The position numbers were made by a program, and so were the translations under genes. Source: an uncultured Actinomycetes bacterium (GTDB lineage Bacteria > Actinomycetota > Thermoleophilia > RBG-16-64-13). From it: a DNA stretch of 64,000 nucleotides. This document shows positions 1-10,178 of this stretch, piece after piece (position 1 is the stretch's first letter; the number at the start of each line of letters is the position of its first letter). Location of the stretch: NCBI GenBank assembly GCA_963706025.1, contig CAVPLM010000003.1:256001-320000 (forward strand), read 5' to 3'. The notes under the pieces were generated by a model. It did no database searches, was not told where the DNA came from, and saw only the letters and a program-made list of their open reading frames with translations.

Positions 1-208
1 TCGAGACGCTTGGCCAGCCGGATCTCGTGCCGGCACGTGCGGTCGCTCTTGGCGGTCACAGTGCAGGTGTTGATCACTCTGATTCGGCGGGTCGATCCCA
101 CTCCACGAGCCGGTAGCCCGAGGCAGACAGCAGCTCCTGCATCTGGGCGGTCTCACACTGGTTGAGCTTGCAGCCGATAGTTCGGAAAGCAACCGTGGTC
201 GGCGCCAT
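1..208 (-). CDS. mtaB: tRNA methylthiotransferase (MtaB/MiaB family), N-terminal part; runs off the window edge; one frameshift near 82
   Basis: Hand translation of the minus strand gives MAPTTVAFRTIGCKLNQCETAQMQELL...INTCTVTAKSDRTCRHEIRLAKRL, which has the TxGCxxN and INTCTVT motifs of the methylthiotransferase N-domain. Not in the ORF track. Confidence 0.8.
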
Positions 209-391
209 TCCGTGGAGGTAAAGAGCAGGCATCATCGGCCGATGGTCGCTTCTCCCACGCGCTACTCCGGGCCACTGGAGGACTGAGGGATGTTAGCATA
301 TAGACCGCTTGCCTCCGGCAGGCTAAACCACTCCAACGGTCAGGGGATCGTGAATCCTGTCTCCGCGCTTCCCGGTGAAGAACAGAGCCCA

Positions 392-865
392 ATGACGCAG
401 GAGCCCTGGTACCAACGCCTGGTACCTGCATTTCTGCGGCGCGATCGCATGGCCGGGCAGGCCGTCCGCTTCATCATGGTGGGCGTGCTCAACACGGCCG
501 TCGATCTGGTGGCCTTCTACCTTCTGGCGCTGATCCCCGGCATGCCCGAAGTGGCGGCCAAGACCATCTCGTACATGTTGGGGATCTGCAACAGCTTCGT
601 CTGGAACAAGTACTGGACGTTCAGCGCGCGCGGCTCGGGACGGGGCTGGCGCGAATTCGCGGTCTTCTTCGCCGTCAACATCCCTCCGTTACTCGTGAAC
701 GTGGTGGCCTTCACTCTGCTCGGACTGTGGATCGAGTCGGGGACGTGGTATGTGCGGATGGGCAAGGCCTTCGCCGCGGCCGTGGTATCCGTGGCCTGGA
801 ACTTCCTGGGCAGCCGCTATCTGGCCTTCCGGCACACGGCCCTGAAGCGAGGACCCGATGAATGA
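392..865 (+). CDS. GtrA family membrane protein (putative lipid-linked sugar flippase)
   Basis: RFIMVGVLNTAVD, SFVWNKYWTF and WNFLGSRYLAF motifs; four TM segments. Confidence 0.85.
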   Translation: MTQEPWYQRLVPAFLRRDRMAGQAVRFIMVGVLNTAVDLVAFYLLALIPGMPEVAAKTISYMLGICNSFVWNKYWTFSARGSGRGWREFAVFFAVNIPPLLVNVVAFTLLGLWIESGTWYVRMGKAFAAAVVSVAWNFLGSRYLAFRHTALKRGPDE

Positions 866-1677
866 GGCGGTGGGCGGCGACCGCGGCCGGGCAGGTGAGG
901 CGGCTGTGGAGCCTTTGTCTGGGGCCGCGCCCCCGCAGGCGGGCGCGGCGCCTCACGCGGGCGCGGCGCCCAACTACTCGATCGTCATCCCCATCCACAA
1001 CGAGGCCGAGTGTCTTGTCGGAGAGGTAACTGAGCTTGTGCGCGAATTGGAGGCCCGGGGGGTCGACTACGAACTGCTCCTGGCCGAGAACGGCAGCTCC
1101 GATGAGTGCCCGGCGATCGCCGAGGCACTCGCCCATCAGAACCCTCGCATCCGGGTCCTGCGCGTTCCCGTGCCCGACTACGGGGCCGCTATGAAGACCG
1201 GCATGCTCAGCGGTCGGGGCGAGCTAGATCGTCAATTTCGACATCGACTTTCACGACGTCGGCTTCATGCTGGCCGCCGGCGACCTGATCGCGGCCACTG
1301 GGGCCGGCGCAGTGGTGGGCAGCAAGCTCATAGAGGGGGCCGAAGACCGGCGTTCGCCCGCACGCCATCTGGTGTCGCTGGGTTTCACCAGCATTCTCAG
1401 ACTATTGTTCGACCCCCGCATGGACGATACTCATGGCATGAAAGTGCTCCGTCGCGAGGTGGTCGAGCGCTACGCGCCCCGAACGGTAAGGACGCGGGAT
1501 CTGTTCGATACCGAGCTCATCATCCGCGCCCGGCGCGGAGGGGTGACCGTCAAAGCCCTGCCGGTGAGGGTAGAGGAGAAAAGGAAACCGCGTTCGTCTA
1601 TAGTACGTCGCATACCGCGTACCATGTGGGGTCTGATGCAGTTGCGGCTGATCCTGTGGAGGGAGGGGAATGCTTGA
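858..1677 (+). CDS. Family 2 glycosyltransferase (polyprenol-phosphate glycosyl synthase-like); frameshift near 1228
   Basis: SIVIPIHNEA and ENGSSD motifs; the DID motif and C-terminal half (DTHGMK, FDTELIIRA) continue in ORF 1267..1677. Confidence 0.8.
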
Positions 1678-3940
1678 TCGCAAGCGGGAGGACCTAGTCG
1701 AGAGAGGAAGCATCTGGGACTGGGTCCCCACGCTGCTGGCCTTCCTGGCCATCTACACCACCCTCTTCATCTTCTACAGGCCCGACCTCCTCTTCAGTAT
1801 CACCACGACCGCAGGCGGCGATACCGGCGCCCATCATTACCCGGCGCAGTACCTCATCCAGGAGTTGCTGCCCAATTTCCGCCTGACCGGGTGGGCCCCG
1901 GGCTGGTACGCCGGTATGCCCATGCTCACGTTCTACTTCCCCTTCCCATTCTTGCTGATCGCCATCATGGATTGGTTCATGGCCTACGAGGTGGCCTTCA
2001 AGATCGGGACCGTGCTCGGCGTCTTCGCCCTGCCGGCCGCCGCCTACGCGATGGGCCGGCTCTGGCGGGTGCGGCGTCCTTTCCCCATCTTGGCCGCCGT
2101 CTTCGCCCTGGTCTTCCTGCTCATGGAGAGCTACTCCATCTATGGGGGGAACATCCTCAGCACGCTGGCGGGTGAATTCGGCTACATGCTGAGCTTCGCC
2201 CTGGTGTTCCTGTTCTTGGGCACCATGTACCGGGGGATGGAGAAACCGCACTTCAACATGCTCTTCGTACTGAACTGCCTCATCCTGATGGCCTTGGTCC
2301 TCTCGCACATAGTGACCACGATCGTGCTGGTCGGCATCATCCCCGGCCTGTTGCTCGTGAATCCCCGCTGGCGCTCTCTGGGCTATGTGGCGGCCGTGGC
2401 CGCGGTGGGATTCTGCTTGACTGCTTTCTGGTCACTACCGTTCGCCGCGAACCTGGAGTGGACGGCCCATATGGCCTGGGACCAGTTGAACTCCCTCGGT
2501 GATCTGTTGCCGGTGCAACTGCTGCCGGTCGCCACCCTGGGTCTGATCGGGATGGCCTATGCCGTGGCCCGCAAGGAGAAGAAGCTGCTCCCGCTCGCCT
2601 GGATCACCTTCATCACCCTGGTGCTTTTCTGGGTACTGCCCAACGGCCGCTTGTGGAACGCCCGCATCCTGCCCTTCTTCTACGTCTCCCTACACTTCTG
2701 GGCCGCCTACGGCGCCACCTGGCTGATCCGCCCCTTCACCGTGATGATGTGGGACCTCTTCCGGTTGCGGGGGGTCAATGCCCGGCGCGTCTACGTCCCG
2801 GTGGTGGCGATCGTGCTGGGAGCGGTAGTCATCGTCACCAGCACCACGGCGGCCGGATGGATCAGATGGAACTACTCCGGCTATGAGGGCAAGACCGCCT
2901 GGGAGCAGTACAACTCGATCAACGAGTTCATCGCAACGCTGGATCCCCCGGGCCGGGTGATGGTGGAACACGGGCAGAAGATCGATCAGTTCGGCACCCC
3001 CCGTGCTTTCGAGATCATCCCGTACTGGACCGGACTGCCCACCATGGAGGGCACCCTGATGGAGGCTTCCTACACGGCGCCCTTCCACTTCATCAACCAG
3101 GCGGAGCTTTCCAAGGAGGCGAGCAACGCCATCATCGGCGTCAACTACCCCTCACTCAACGTGCCCCAGGGGATAACCCATCTGCAGCTCATGAACATCC
3201 CTTATCTGCTCACGTTCTCCCCCGAGGTGACCGGCGGTGTCCAGGCCGACCCGCGGGCGGAGTTGCTGGCCACGTTCGGTGACTACAACGTCTTCCGCAT
3301 CTCGGGCACCACCGGTTACGTCGAGGTAATGAAGAACAAGCCGGTGCGGGTCGACGTTGAGGTGAGCGAGTGGCGCGACATCGCCGTCGAGTGGTATCTC
3401 ACCGACGCCGCCCTCGACACTCCGCTGGTGCTCGACAAAGGGGAGGAGGCACTTCAACAGTTCGCCGCCATCACCCCGGGCGAGGCTACGGTTCCCCCCG
3501 TGGAGCCCATCGTCACCGAGGACCGTGTGACAGGGGAGCTGATGGAGAACGAGAGCCTCTCCTTCGATACCACGGCCATCGGGCAGCCGCATTGGGTCAA
3601 GGTCTCGTATTTCCCAAACTGGCACGTGGAAGGAGCCGAAGGTCCGTATCTGGCGTCCCCGTCGTTCATGATGGTCATCCCCACCCAAAGCCACGTGACG
3701 CTCACCTACGGGCGCACTGCTGCCAATACCGTGGGTCAGACACTAGAGGTGGCTGCCTGGCTCTTGCTTCTGGGACTGGCCGTCTGGAGGGCCATCCTCT
3801 GGCGCCGGCGCAGACGGCTGGCCGGGGCGGTGCAGGACTCTGCACCGATCCTGGGCGTCGACTCGTACGCAGATGAAGATCCGATAAGTGGGCCGAACGA
3901 CCCCGACGACGGCGACTCAGGCGAGCGGACCAGGGTCTAG
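1670..3940 (+). CDS. Polytopic membrane protein, PTPS-related / GT-C-like glycosyltransferase
   Basis: 756 aa; GGDTGAH...GWAPGWYAGMP..FYFP N-terminal loop, many TM helices, extracytoplasmic domain, C-terminal TM. Confidence 0.7.
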   Translation: MLDRKREDLVERGSIWDWVPTLLAFLAIYTTLFIFYRPDLLFSITTTAGGDTGAHHYPAQYLIQELLPNFRLTGWAPGWYAGMPMLTFYFPFPFLLIAIMDWFMAYEVAFKIGTVLGVFALPAAAYAMGRLWRVRRPFPILAAVFALVFLLMESYSIYGGNILSTLAGEFGYMLSFALVFLFLGTMYRGMEKPHFNMLFVLNCLILMALVLSHIVTTIVLVGIIPGLLLVNPRWRSLGYVAAVAAVGFCLTAFWSLPFAANLEWTAHMAWDQLNSLGDLLPVQLLPVATLGLIGMAYAVARKEKKLLPLAWITFITLVLFWVLPNGRLWNARILPFFYVSLHFWAAYGATWLIRPFTVMMWDLFRLRGVNARRVYVPVVAIVLGAVVIVTSTTAAGWIRWNYSGYEGKTAWEQYNSINEFIATLDPPGRVMVEHGQKIDQFGTPRAFEIIPYWTGLPTMEGTLMEASYTAPFHFINQAELSKEASNAIIGVNYPSLNVPQGITHLQLMNIPYLLTFSPEVTGGVQADPRAELLATFGDYNVFRISGTTGYVEVMKNKPVRVDVEVSEWRDIAVEWYLTDAALDTPLVLDKGEEALQQFAAITPGEATVPPVEPIVTEDRVTGELMENESLSFDTTAIGQPHWVKVSYFPNWHVEGAEGPYLASPSFMMVIPTQSHVTLTYGRTAANTVGQTLEVAAWLLLLGLAVWRAILWRRRRRLAGAVQDSAPILGVDSYADEDPISGPNDPDDGDSGERTRV

Positions 3941-3941
3941 C

Positions 3942-4871
3942 CTACTCGCCCGCCGAGCCTCGAAGCGGTTTGGGGATACCGGATTCGCAGGGCACCTTGG
4001 TCTGGCACAGGCCGCAGCCATAGCCGTCGAAGCCATATTCCCGCTGAACGAAATCCGCGGTCACAGGTAGGAGGTGCCGGGCACAGGCAGCCTTGTCGCG
4101 GCCTTCTCCGCTGATGGAGCCCACCGGGCACCGGTCCGCGCAAGCGGCGCACGTGCCGCGGGCGAAGAAGAGGCAGTGCGCGAAGGGGTCGGTGTAGGGC
4201 CTTGGAGTGGCCGGGATCTGCGCGTGGATTACCACCGAGCCGAGTCTGACCGCCTGTCCTCGCTTCGTTATCAACCCGCCCGATAGTCCGAACGTTCCCA
4301 GCCCTGAGACATAGGCCACATGACGCTCAGACCAGGTGCACGCCCGTCCGAACTGGGGAGAGGACTCCTCGGTCCACTGGCGGAGCAGCCCAGGGGCTAC
4401 CGCCTCGTATCCGCGAGCGCTGAGGGCCTCTACCAAAGCCCAGTGCAGGCGGCGATTACAGTCCTGGCCGAAGATCCGGGCTCGAGCCCAAGGCTCGGAC
4501 GGCAGCCGGGTCTGCGCGCGATTGGCGGCCTTTGTACTTTCTGTCTGACAGAGGGCCCAACTGATCACCGTGAGCTCATCCGGCCGGGGGTGGGTGGGCT
4601 GGTCGGCATCGGATAGCGGCCGATGCGCAGTGGAGCCGAGGGCGAAAGCCTCGGCCGGTGTCCAGTGGAAGGCACCGATGTGTTCTTTGAGGAACTCGTA
4701 GAGCTCGTCGGCGCCGCTGGAGAACCCCACCAGGATGTCTTGCCAGGCTTCGCCGGTGGTGCCGGGACCGAGGTTGTTGTTCTCCGGCCGCTGGAGGTGA
4801 TCTCGGATGAAGTCCTCCACAGCCAGACCGAGCTCCGGCCCGGAACCGGTCCCGGGCTCGGACGCGCTCAC
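3942..4871 (-). CDS. Epoxyqueuosine reductase (QueG)-like 4Fe-4S protein
   Basis: SERHVAYVSGLGTFGLS motif plus CAACADRCP and CGLCQTKVPC clusters. Confidence 0.7.
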   Translation of the reverse strand: MSASEPGTGSGPELGLAVEDFIRDHLQRPENNNLGPGTTGEAWQDILVGFSSGADELYEFLKEHIGAFHWTPAEAFALGSTAHRPLSDADQPTHPRPDELTVISWALCQTESTKAANRAQTRLPSEPWARARIFGQDCNRRLHWALVEALSARGYEAVAPGLLRQWTEESSPQFGRACTWSERHVAYVSGLGTFGLSGGLITKRGQAVRLGSVVIHAQIPATPRPYTDPFAHCLFFARGTCAACADRCPVGSISGEGRDKAACARHLLPVTADFVQREYGFDGYGCGLCQTKVPCESGIPKPLRGSAGE

Positions 4872-5278
4872 GCCGGCGCGGGCACTATCAGTACCCGCCG
4901 GGTCCTGGGACCGTCGAACTCAGCCAGGTAGATGCTCTGCCAGGTGCCCAGCCGCAATTGGCCTTGTTCCACCGGGACAGCCACATGGCAGCCGATGAGA
5001 CTGGCCTTGATGTGAGCGTCGGAGTTTCCTTCGCTGTGGCGGTAGCCGGCCTCGCGGGGGACGAAGCGCGTGAGACCTTCGACGATGTCGCGGGCCACCG
5101 ATGGGTCAGCGCCCTCGTTGATGGTCACGCCGGCCGTGGTGTGAGGGACGAACAGGTTCACCATGCCGCTCAGCGTCGGATCGGACTCGACAACGGCGCG
5201 CTGGACCCTCTCGGTGATGTCCACCAGAGCTTCTCGCGAGGGAGAAGAGACTTTGAGCTCGATGAGAGGCATGGTCAT
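4868..5278 (-). CDS. yjbQ: YjbQ/UPF0047 family protein
   Basis: PHTTAGVTINE, NSDAHIKASL and LGTWQSIYLAEFDGPR motifs. Confidence 0.9.
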   Translation of the reverse strand: MTMPLIELKVSSPSREALVDITERVQRAVVESDPTLSGMVNLFVPHTTAGVTINEGADPSVARDIVEGLTRFVPREAGYRHSEGNSDAHIKASLIGCHVAVPVEQGQLRLGTWQSIYLAEFDGPRTRRVLIVPAPA

Positions 5279-5380
5279 CGCCCCCTCTTCATGTGCGTGT
5301 CACACCTGCCGCGGCCGGTCGATGGCGCAGCCGCCGAAAAGCGGCCGCATCCCGATGACGACAAGCGAAGGAAGGGAGAA

Positions 5381-5453
5381 TGGAGGTAAGGGGACTCGAA
5401 CCCCTGGCCTTCGCGATGCGAACGCGACGCTCTCCCAACTGAGCTATACCCCC
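5381..5453 (-). tRNA. tRNA-Ala (CGC), CCA not encoded
   Basis: GGGGGTATAGCTCAGTTGGGAGAGCGTCGCGTTCGCATCGCGAAGGCCAGGGGTTCGAGTCCCCTTACCTCCA folds as a cloverleaf with anticodon loop TTCGCAT and a G3:U70 pair. Confidence 0.95.
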
Positions 5454-5713
5454 AGTCGAACCAATGACCACCCCGTGCGCGGCGGACGCGTATTTATAGC
5501 ACACGGGTGGAATCACCATCATCCTCGCTCCAGCTGCGCTTAGCGACTCTTCCCCCGAGCATGATGGTGATTCCGAACTGAGCAGGCTGCGATCCCCGGC
5601 TGCCGGCGAGTCTTACGGCGGGCCGCATGGCGACGCGTAGAGGAACCCAGACGAGCGGTGACTGATCGCATCTCCGCGCGCCGGCGTCCGGCGGGACCAC
5701 GGGCAGCAAGGCG

Positions 5714-6481
5714 TTACTCGCTCGTTAGTTGCCTCTTCAGGAACGGCTCGATCAGATCGATTGGGATCGGGAAGATGGTGGTCGAGTTCTTCTCGACAGC
5801 GATCTCGGCCAGAGTCTGCAGGTAACGCAATTGGAGAGCGGCCGGGTTTCGTGACAACACCTCGGCGGCCTGAGCCAGTTTCTCCGAAGCCTGGAACTCG
5901 CCCTCGGCGGCGATGACCTTGGCCCGGCGTTCCCGTTCGGCTTCGGCCTGCCGGGCCATGGCCCGTTGCATAGTGCTGGGGATCTCCACGTCCTTGATCT
6001 CCACTATGCTGACCTTGATGCCCCAGGGGTCGGTCTGCTCATCGATGATCTCCTGCAGTCGGGTGTTGAGCTTGTCGCGCTCGGTCAGCAGGTGATCGAG
6101 GTCGGACTGGCCGAGCACGCTCCGCAAGGTGGTCTGGGCTATCTGCGAGGTCGCGGCCACGTAGTTCTGTACCTCCACTACCGATCGGGAGGGGTCGACG
6201 ACCCGGAAGTAGACCACGGCGTTCACCTTGGCCGGCACATTGTCCTTGGTGATGACCTCTTGCGCCGGCACGTCGAAGGTGACCGTACGCAGGTCGACCC
6301 TCACCACCTTGTCCACAATGGGGATGATGAGGAAGATGCCCGGTCCTTTGGGCGGGGACAGGCGTCCCAGGCGGAAGATCACACCGCGCTGATACTCGGG
6401 GAAGACCTTTATCGCCGACGCCAGTATGATGATCACCACGATCACCACGATCACGATCACTACCACTGTGCCTACATCCAT
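5714..6481 (-). CDS. SPFH/stomatin-like (slipin) protein
   Basis: [35 protein letters not shown] and [10 protein letters not shown] motifs. Confidence 0.95.
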   Translation of the reverse strand: MDVGTVVVIVIVVIVVIIILASAIKVFPEYQRGVIFRLGRLSPPKGPGIFLIIPIVDKVVRVDLRTVTFDVPAQEVITKDNVPAKVNAVVYFRVVDPSRSVVEVQNYVAATSQIAQTTLRSVLGQSDLDHLLTERDKLNTRLQEIIDEQTDPWGIKVSIVEIKDVEIPSTMQRAMARQAEAERERRAKVIAAEGEFQASEKLAQAAEVLSRNPAALQLRYLQTLAEIAVEKNSTTIFPIPIDLIEPFLKRQLTSE

Positions 6482-6490
6482 GACGTCTCC

Positions 6491-7957
6491 TTACGTCCCT
6501 TGGTCCTGTTTCTCCGCAGCCTCGGCGCCCGACCGACCCGGCCGGCGCACGACGAGCGTGAGTCCCTCTGTTCTTAGTACCTCTATTTGCTCGTCTTTAA
6601 GCAGGTCCTCCCCCTCGGTGCGGGCTTTCCACGTCTCTCCGTGGAGCCGCACCTGGCCCTGGGGACTGAGCGGCGAGATCACGACGCCGGTGGCTCCCAC
6701 CAGGGTCTCCGCTCCCGTGGCAACGGGTCGGCGTCTCGCTCGAGCCACCGCCTGGATCACGAACATGAAGAAGGCGAGGGCGATGACCCCGGCCGCTATT
6801 ACGACCGGCCAGCTGACCTTGAGGAATGATGCCGAAGTGTCGAACAGGAGGAGGCCGCCCGCGATGAGCGCGGCGGCTCCCCCGATCCCCAGGACCCCGT
6901 GGCTTTGGATGAAGATCTCGGCTACGAAGAGGATCATGGCCAGCACCACCAGGGCTATCCCCACCAGGCTGACCGGGAGCACCTGGAACGAATAGAAAGC
7001 CAGAAGTAAGGCGATGACCCCGCCGATCCCCGCCCCCCCAAAGCCGGGAGTGCTGAGCTCCGTGATGATCCCCAGGATCCCGATGGTCATGAGGATGTAG
7101 GCGATGTCGGGGTTGGCGATGACATGGAGGAAACGCTGGATCCAACCCATGCTGACTTCTTCGACGGGGGCTCCGGCGGTCTGCAGGGTGAGGCCTTTGG
7201 GGACGGTAACGTAGCCGTCCATGGCCTGGAGGAGGGCGGGTAGGTCGGCGGCCACGAACTCGATGACGTTCTGCTGCAGGGCTTCTTCGGCAGTGAGCGA
7301 GACCGACTCCCGTACCGCCCGCTCGGCCCACACGGCGTTACGCTCGTGGGTGGTGGCCAGGCCGGAGATATAGGCGGCGGCGTCGTTGGTGACTTTGGCT
7401 TTCATGACCTCGTCCATCTCGCCGCCGATTGCCACCGGGGTCGCCGCGCCCAGATTGGTCTGGGGAGCCATCGCCGCCACGTCCGAACCCATGAGGATGT
7501 AGACTCCAGCCGATGCCGCTCTAGCTCCCTGGGGATAGACGTAGAACACGATAGGTATGGGGGCGCTGAGTTGGGCCTGGATGATGTCGCGCATGGCCGT
7601 GTCGAGTCCGCCGGGGGTGTCGAGCTCGACCACCAGCGCGGCCGCCTGGGCTTCGGCGGCGCGCTCCATCGTCTTGACCAGGTAGCTCGCCATGGCTGGA
7701 TCGACGATACCCTTGGCCCGAGTGACCCAGACGGGGGCCCTGCCCTCGGCAGTTTGCGGCTGCGCGGCGACCTGAGATCCGCCGGCGTCGGCAACCGCCC
7801 GGGGCAGTGCCGGCAGTGCCACCAAAGCGAATACCGCCAGGAAGACCAGCATCCCCGCAACAACGGCAACCGGCGCCAACAGAGCGTCGCAGGGTGAACT
7901 TCTCCGAGCGCCACGTGCCCCGCCACACTGGGAGCTGTTCTGGCGCCGCGAGCTCAC
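6491..7957 (-). CDS. nfeD: NfeD family membrane-bound serine protease (start uncertain)
   Basis: LDTPGG, AASAG and GAATPV ClpP-like motifs; TM region; C-terminal OB fold; typical pairing with stomatin. Confidence 0.9.
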   Translation of the reverse strand: MSSRRQNSSQCGGARGARRSSPCDALLAPVAVVAGMLVFLAVFALVALPALPRAVADAGGSQVAAQPQTAEGRAPVWVTRAKGIVDPAMASYLVKTMERAAEAQAAALVVELDTPGGLDTAMRDIIQAQLSAPIPIVFYVYPQGARAASAGVYILMGSDVAAMAPQTNLGAATPVAIGGEMDEVMKAKVTNDAAAYISGLATTHERNAVWAERAVRESVSLTAEEALQQNVIEFVAADLPALLQAMDGYVTVPKGLTLQTAGAPVEEVSMGWIQRFLHVIANPDIAYILMTIGILGIITELSTPGFGGAGIGGVIALLLAFYSFQVLPVSLVGIALVVLAMILFVAEIFIQSHGVLGIGGAAALIAGGLLLFDTSASFLKVSWPVVIAAGVIALAFFMFVIQAVARARRRPVATGAETLVGATGVVISPLSPQGQVRLHGETWKARTEGEDLLKDEQIEVLRTEGLTLVVRRPGRSGAEAAEKQDQGT

Positions 7958-8030
7958 GGTGGTGGTCGCCGTTCCCAGGTCCGGCGGCCCGGCCCAGGAT
8001 CGCGTCGCGCCCAGGATCGTTGCCGGCTCA

Positions 8031-8735
8031 TTACGTCCCTCGGCGCGTCCAGGCGGCGGGGCTCGGGGTGGGGTCGTTCCTCAGCACTCTCCGGACCGCC
8101 GTCTCTACCTGGTTGATGAGCGAAAGCAGGCCCCGCAGGTCGGCGCGCATGAGATAGATGTCCCCGTTGTCTCTGACCGGTTGGAAACCGTTGGACTCAA
8201 GGAAGTGGAGGGAGAAGAACTCACACCGCTCGTTGTCTTCAGGGCTGCCGACGAGACCGGCGAAGGCATACACTTCCTGGGCGCCTCGGTCTTTCAGTTG
8301 TCCGAGTGCCTTGTGCAGTATCCGTCTGGCCTGTGGTCCGGCGCGATTCTCCTCCGAGCGAAGGCAGAACAGGAGCACCGATCCGCGCTCGGGAGGAGCG
8401 AAGGGAAGACTCCGTAGCCGGGGGACCGCCGCCGCCGGAGCGTAATGGATGGAGGCGGCCGCCGTCAGGTCGGCCGACGAACCTCCCGGATCGTCCGGAT
8501 CCTCGGGCATTCCGCTGGACGCATAGGCGGGACGCGCTGATGCCTCGGTTCTCTCCAGGAGGAGTCCTGGGCTACCCCAGGTGGATTCGACCGCGATCAT
8601 CCACTGGCGGCGTTTCTCGCCGGCAGCGACCGTGCACTCTCGCCCACCACCAGGGATCTGCCACCACGCGCACGCGCGACAGACAGGCGGCAGCAGGTCC
8701 TGTCGAGAAGCGCAAAGAGGTAGGTAGTCGGGCAT
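8031..8735 (-). CDS. GNAT-like hypothetical protein with N-terminal CxxC
   Basis: LPPVCRACAWWQ, WGSPG and FLESNGF; resembles actinobacterial GNAT-fold hypotheticals. Confidence 0.5.
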   Translation of the reverse strand: MPDYLPLCASRQDLLPPVCRACAWWQIPGGGRECTVAAGEKRRQWMIAVESTWGSPGLLLERTEASARPAYASSGMPEDPDDPGGSSADLTAAASIHYAPAAAVPRLRSLPFAPPERGSVLLFCLRSEENRAGPQARRILHKALGQLKDRGAQEVYAFAGLVGSPEDNERCEFFSLHFLESNGFQPVRDNGDIYLMRADLRGLLSLINQVETAVRRVLRNDPTPSPAAWTRRGT

Positions 8736-8736
8736 G

Positions 8737-9153
8737 CTAGCCCTCCTGCGAGTCACCGCCCTCCGTCGGTCCGGCTATCTCATCGACGAAAAGCGTGACG
8801 TTCCCCAATTCGAGACTGAGAAGTCCGGTAACCCGGCTGCGCACAGCCTCCTCGACTTCACGAGCCAACTCCGGTATCACCACACCCCAGGCCACCTGGG
8901 CATGGATCTCCACGTCCACCGTCCCTGGCAGAGATTCCCGGATGAGCACACCGCCCGTGTGAGTCTCGCGCACGCGCGACGAAAGTCCCTTCCAGGCCGA
9001 GGTGTGGAGATCGACAATGCCGTGGACTGAGCGGGCCGCGTCGGCCACGTAGGTGGCCACCACCTCGTGGGAGACGGCGGGTCTCATCTCTTCGTAGGGT
9101 GTCGGACTGACCGGCAGGTCTCCAGACAGCCGCTCATCCTGCGACTGACTCAT
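8737..9153 (-). CDS. Asp23/Gls24 family envelope stress protein
   Basis: VSHEVVATYVADAARSVHGI...VAWGVVIPELAREVEEAVR...VTLFVDEI. Confidence 0.85.
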   Translation of the reverse strand: MSQSQDERLSGDLPVSPTPYEEMRPAVSHEVVATYVADAARSVHGIVDLHTSAWKGLSSRVRETHTGGVLIRESLPGTVDVEIHAQVAWGVVIPELAREVEEAVRSRVTGLLSLELGNVTLFVDEIAGPTEGGDSQEG

Positions 9154-9206
9154 GAATGCCCCCTGTTCAAGTGCACCATCCGATTTCCCTCGGTCTCGCT
9201 GCAATT

Positions 9207-10130
9207 CTATACCAATCGCCACAGGCTCGCCTCGGGCCGAGTCAGCAGGCGAAAAGGAAGGAAGCTGGTACCCACCCCGCGCGAAACGACCAGCAGGCTC
9301 TCTCCGCAGGTGTGTACTCCCCCCAGGTACTCGCCTTCTTCTCTGTGGATAGGCTTCAAACCGTGTCGGCAGGGCAATCGCAGCTGACCGCCGTGGGTAT
9401 GTCCGGCAAAAGCCAGCGGGAACAGACGGGTCAAAGGGGATCCTGCAGGCGGCGGCTCATGGATGAGGAGTATAGGGAAGTCGGAATCGGATCCGATCAG
9501 CGGACCAGTCACCGCCGCGCCCACCCCGTCATCGTCGATGAGCCCGAAGCCACCGCTCAGATAGTCGGCACCGCACAGGATGATATGGGAGCCCTCGCGC
9601 GCCGGCAGAGACACGCATCGGTCGACCAGCAGTGTGATCCCTGCTTGTGCCCACAGGTGGTCCGTCTCTCGGGGGCGCGCCAGAGGGTCTTTGCCGATCC
9701 CGTACTCGTGATTGCCGGTGACCGCGAAGGTCCCCAGCGGCGGTCGTAGCCGGGAGAGCAGCTCGAGAGACGGGCTGCTTCGACGGGGATCGCCGAGCAC
9801 GTCGCCGGTGAGGAGCACCAGATCCGGGGCGCGGGGCACGGCCCAGCGCACGGCCTTCTCGAGACTGCGTTCGTTCGTAGGGAAAAGGCCCGCGTGCACG
9901 TCGGAGAGATGCAGCACGCGCAGACCGGACCAGGCGGGCGGCAGACCGGGCACACTGAGTTCGGCCTCGCGGCACTGGACCCACTGGGCCTCGAAGACCA
10001 TGTAGGCCACGGTGGCCGCCCCTGCGGCCGCGGCCCAGTGGAGCGGCCGCGGCACGGTATCCGATACCGAGGCGCGAATCCTGGAGTCCTTGGTATCCGG
10101 CAGATGCCGGTAGTTTCGGCGGTCGATCAT
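9207..10130 (-). CDS. Calcineurin-like metallophosphoesterase (YkuE-like)
   Basis: DVH, GD, GNHE and GHTHGGQ motifs. Confidence 0.9.
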   Translation of the reverse strand: MIDRRNYRHLPDTKDSRIRASVSDTVPRPLHWAAAAGAATVAYMVFEAQWVQCREAELSVPGLPPAWSGLRVLHLSDVHAGLFPTNERSLEKAVRWAVPRAPDLVLLTGDVLGDPRRSSPSLELLSRLRPPLGTFAVTGNHEYGIGKDPLARPRETDHLWAQAGITLLVDRCVSLPAREGSHIILCGADYLSGGFGLIDDDGVGAAVTGPLIGSDSDFPILLIHEPPPAGSPLTRLFPLAFAGHTHGGQLRLPCRHGLKPIHREEGEYLGGVHTCGESLLVVSRGVGTSFLPFRLLTRPEASLWRLV

Positions 10131-10178
10131 CGTAGCTATGGTAACCCAGGGGGGCATAGGGGTGGTATTTTGGGCATC

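Noticed and set aside
3942-4871. Reductive dehalogenase
   Set aside because: Short, with no Tat signal or RdhB anchor; fits the QueG-like family better.
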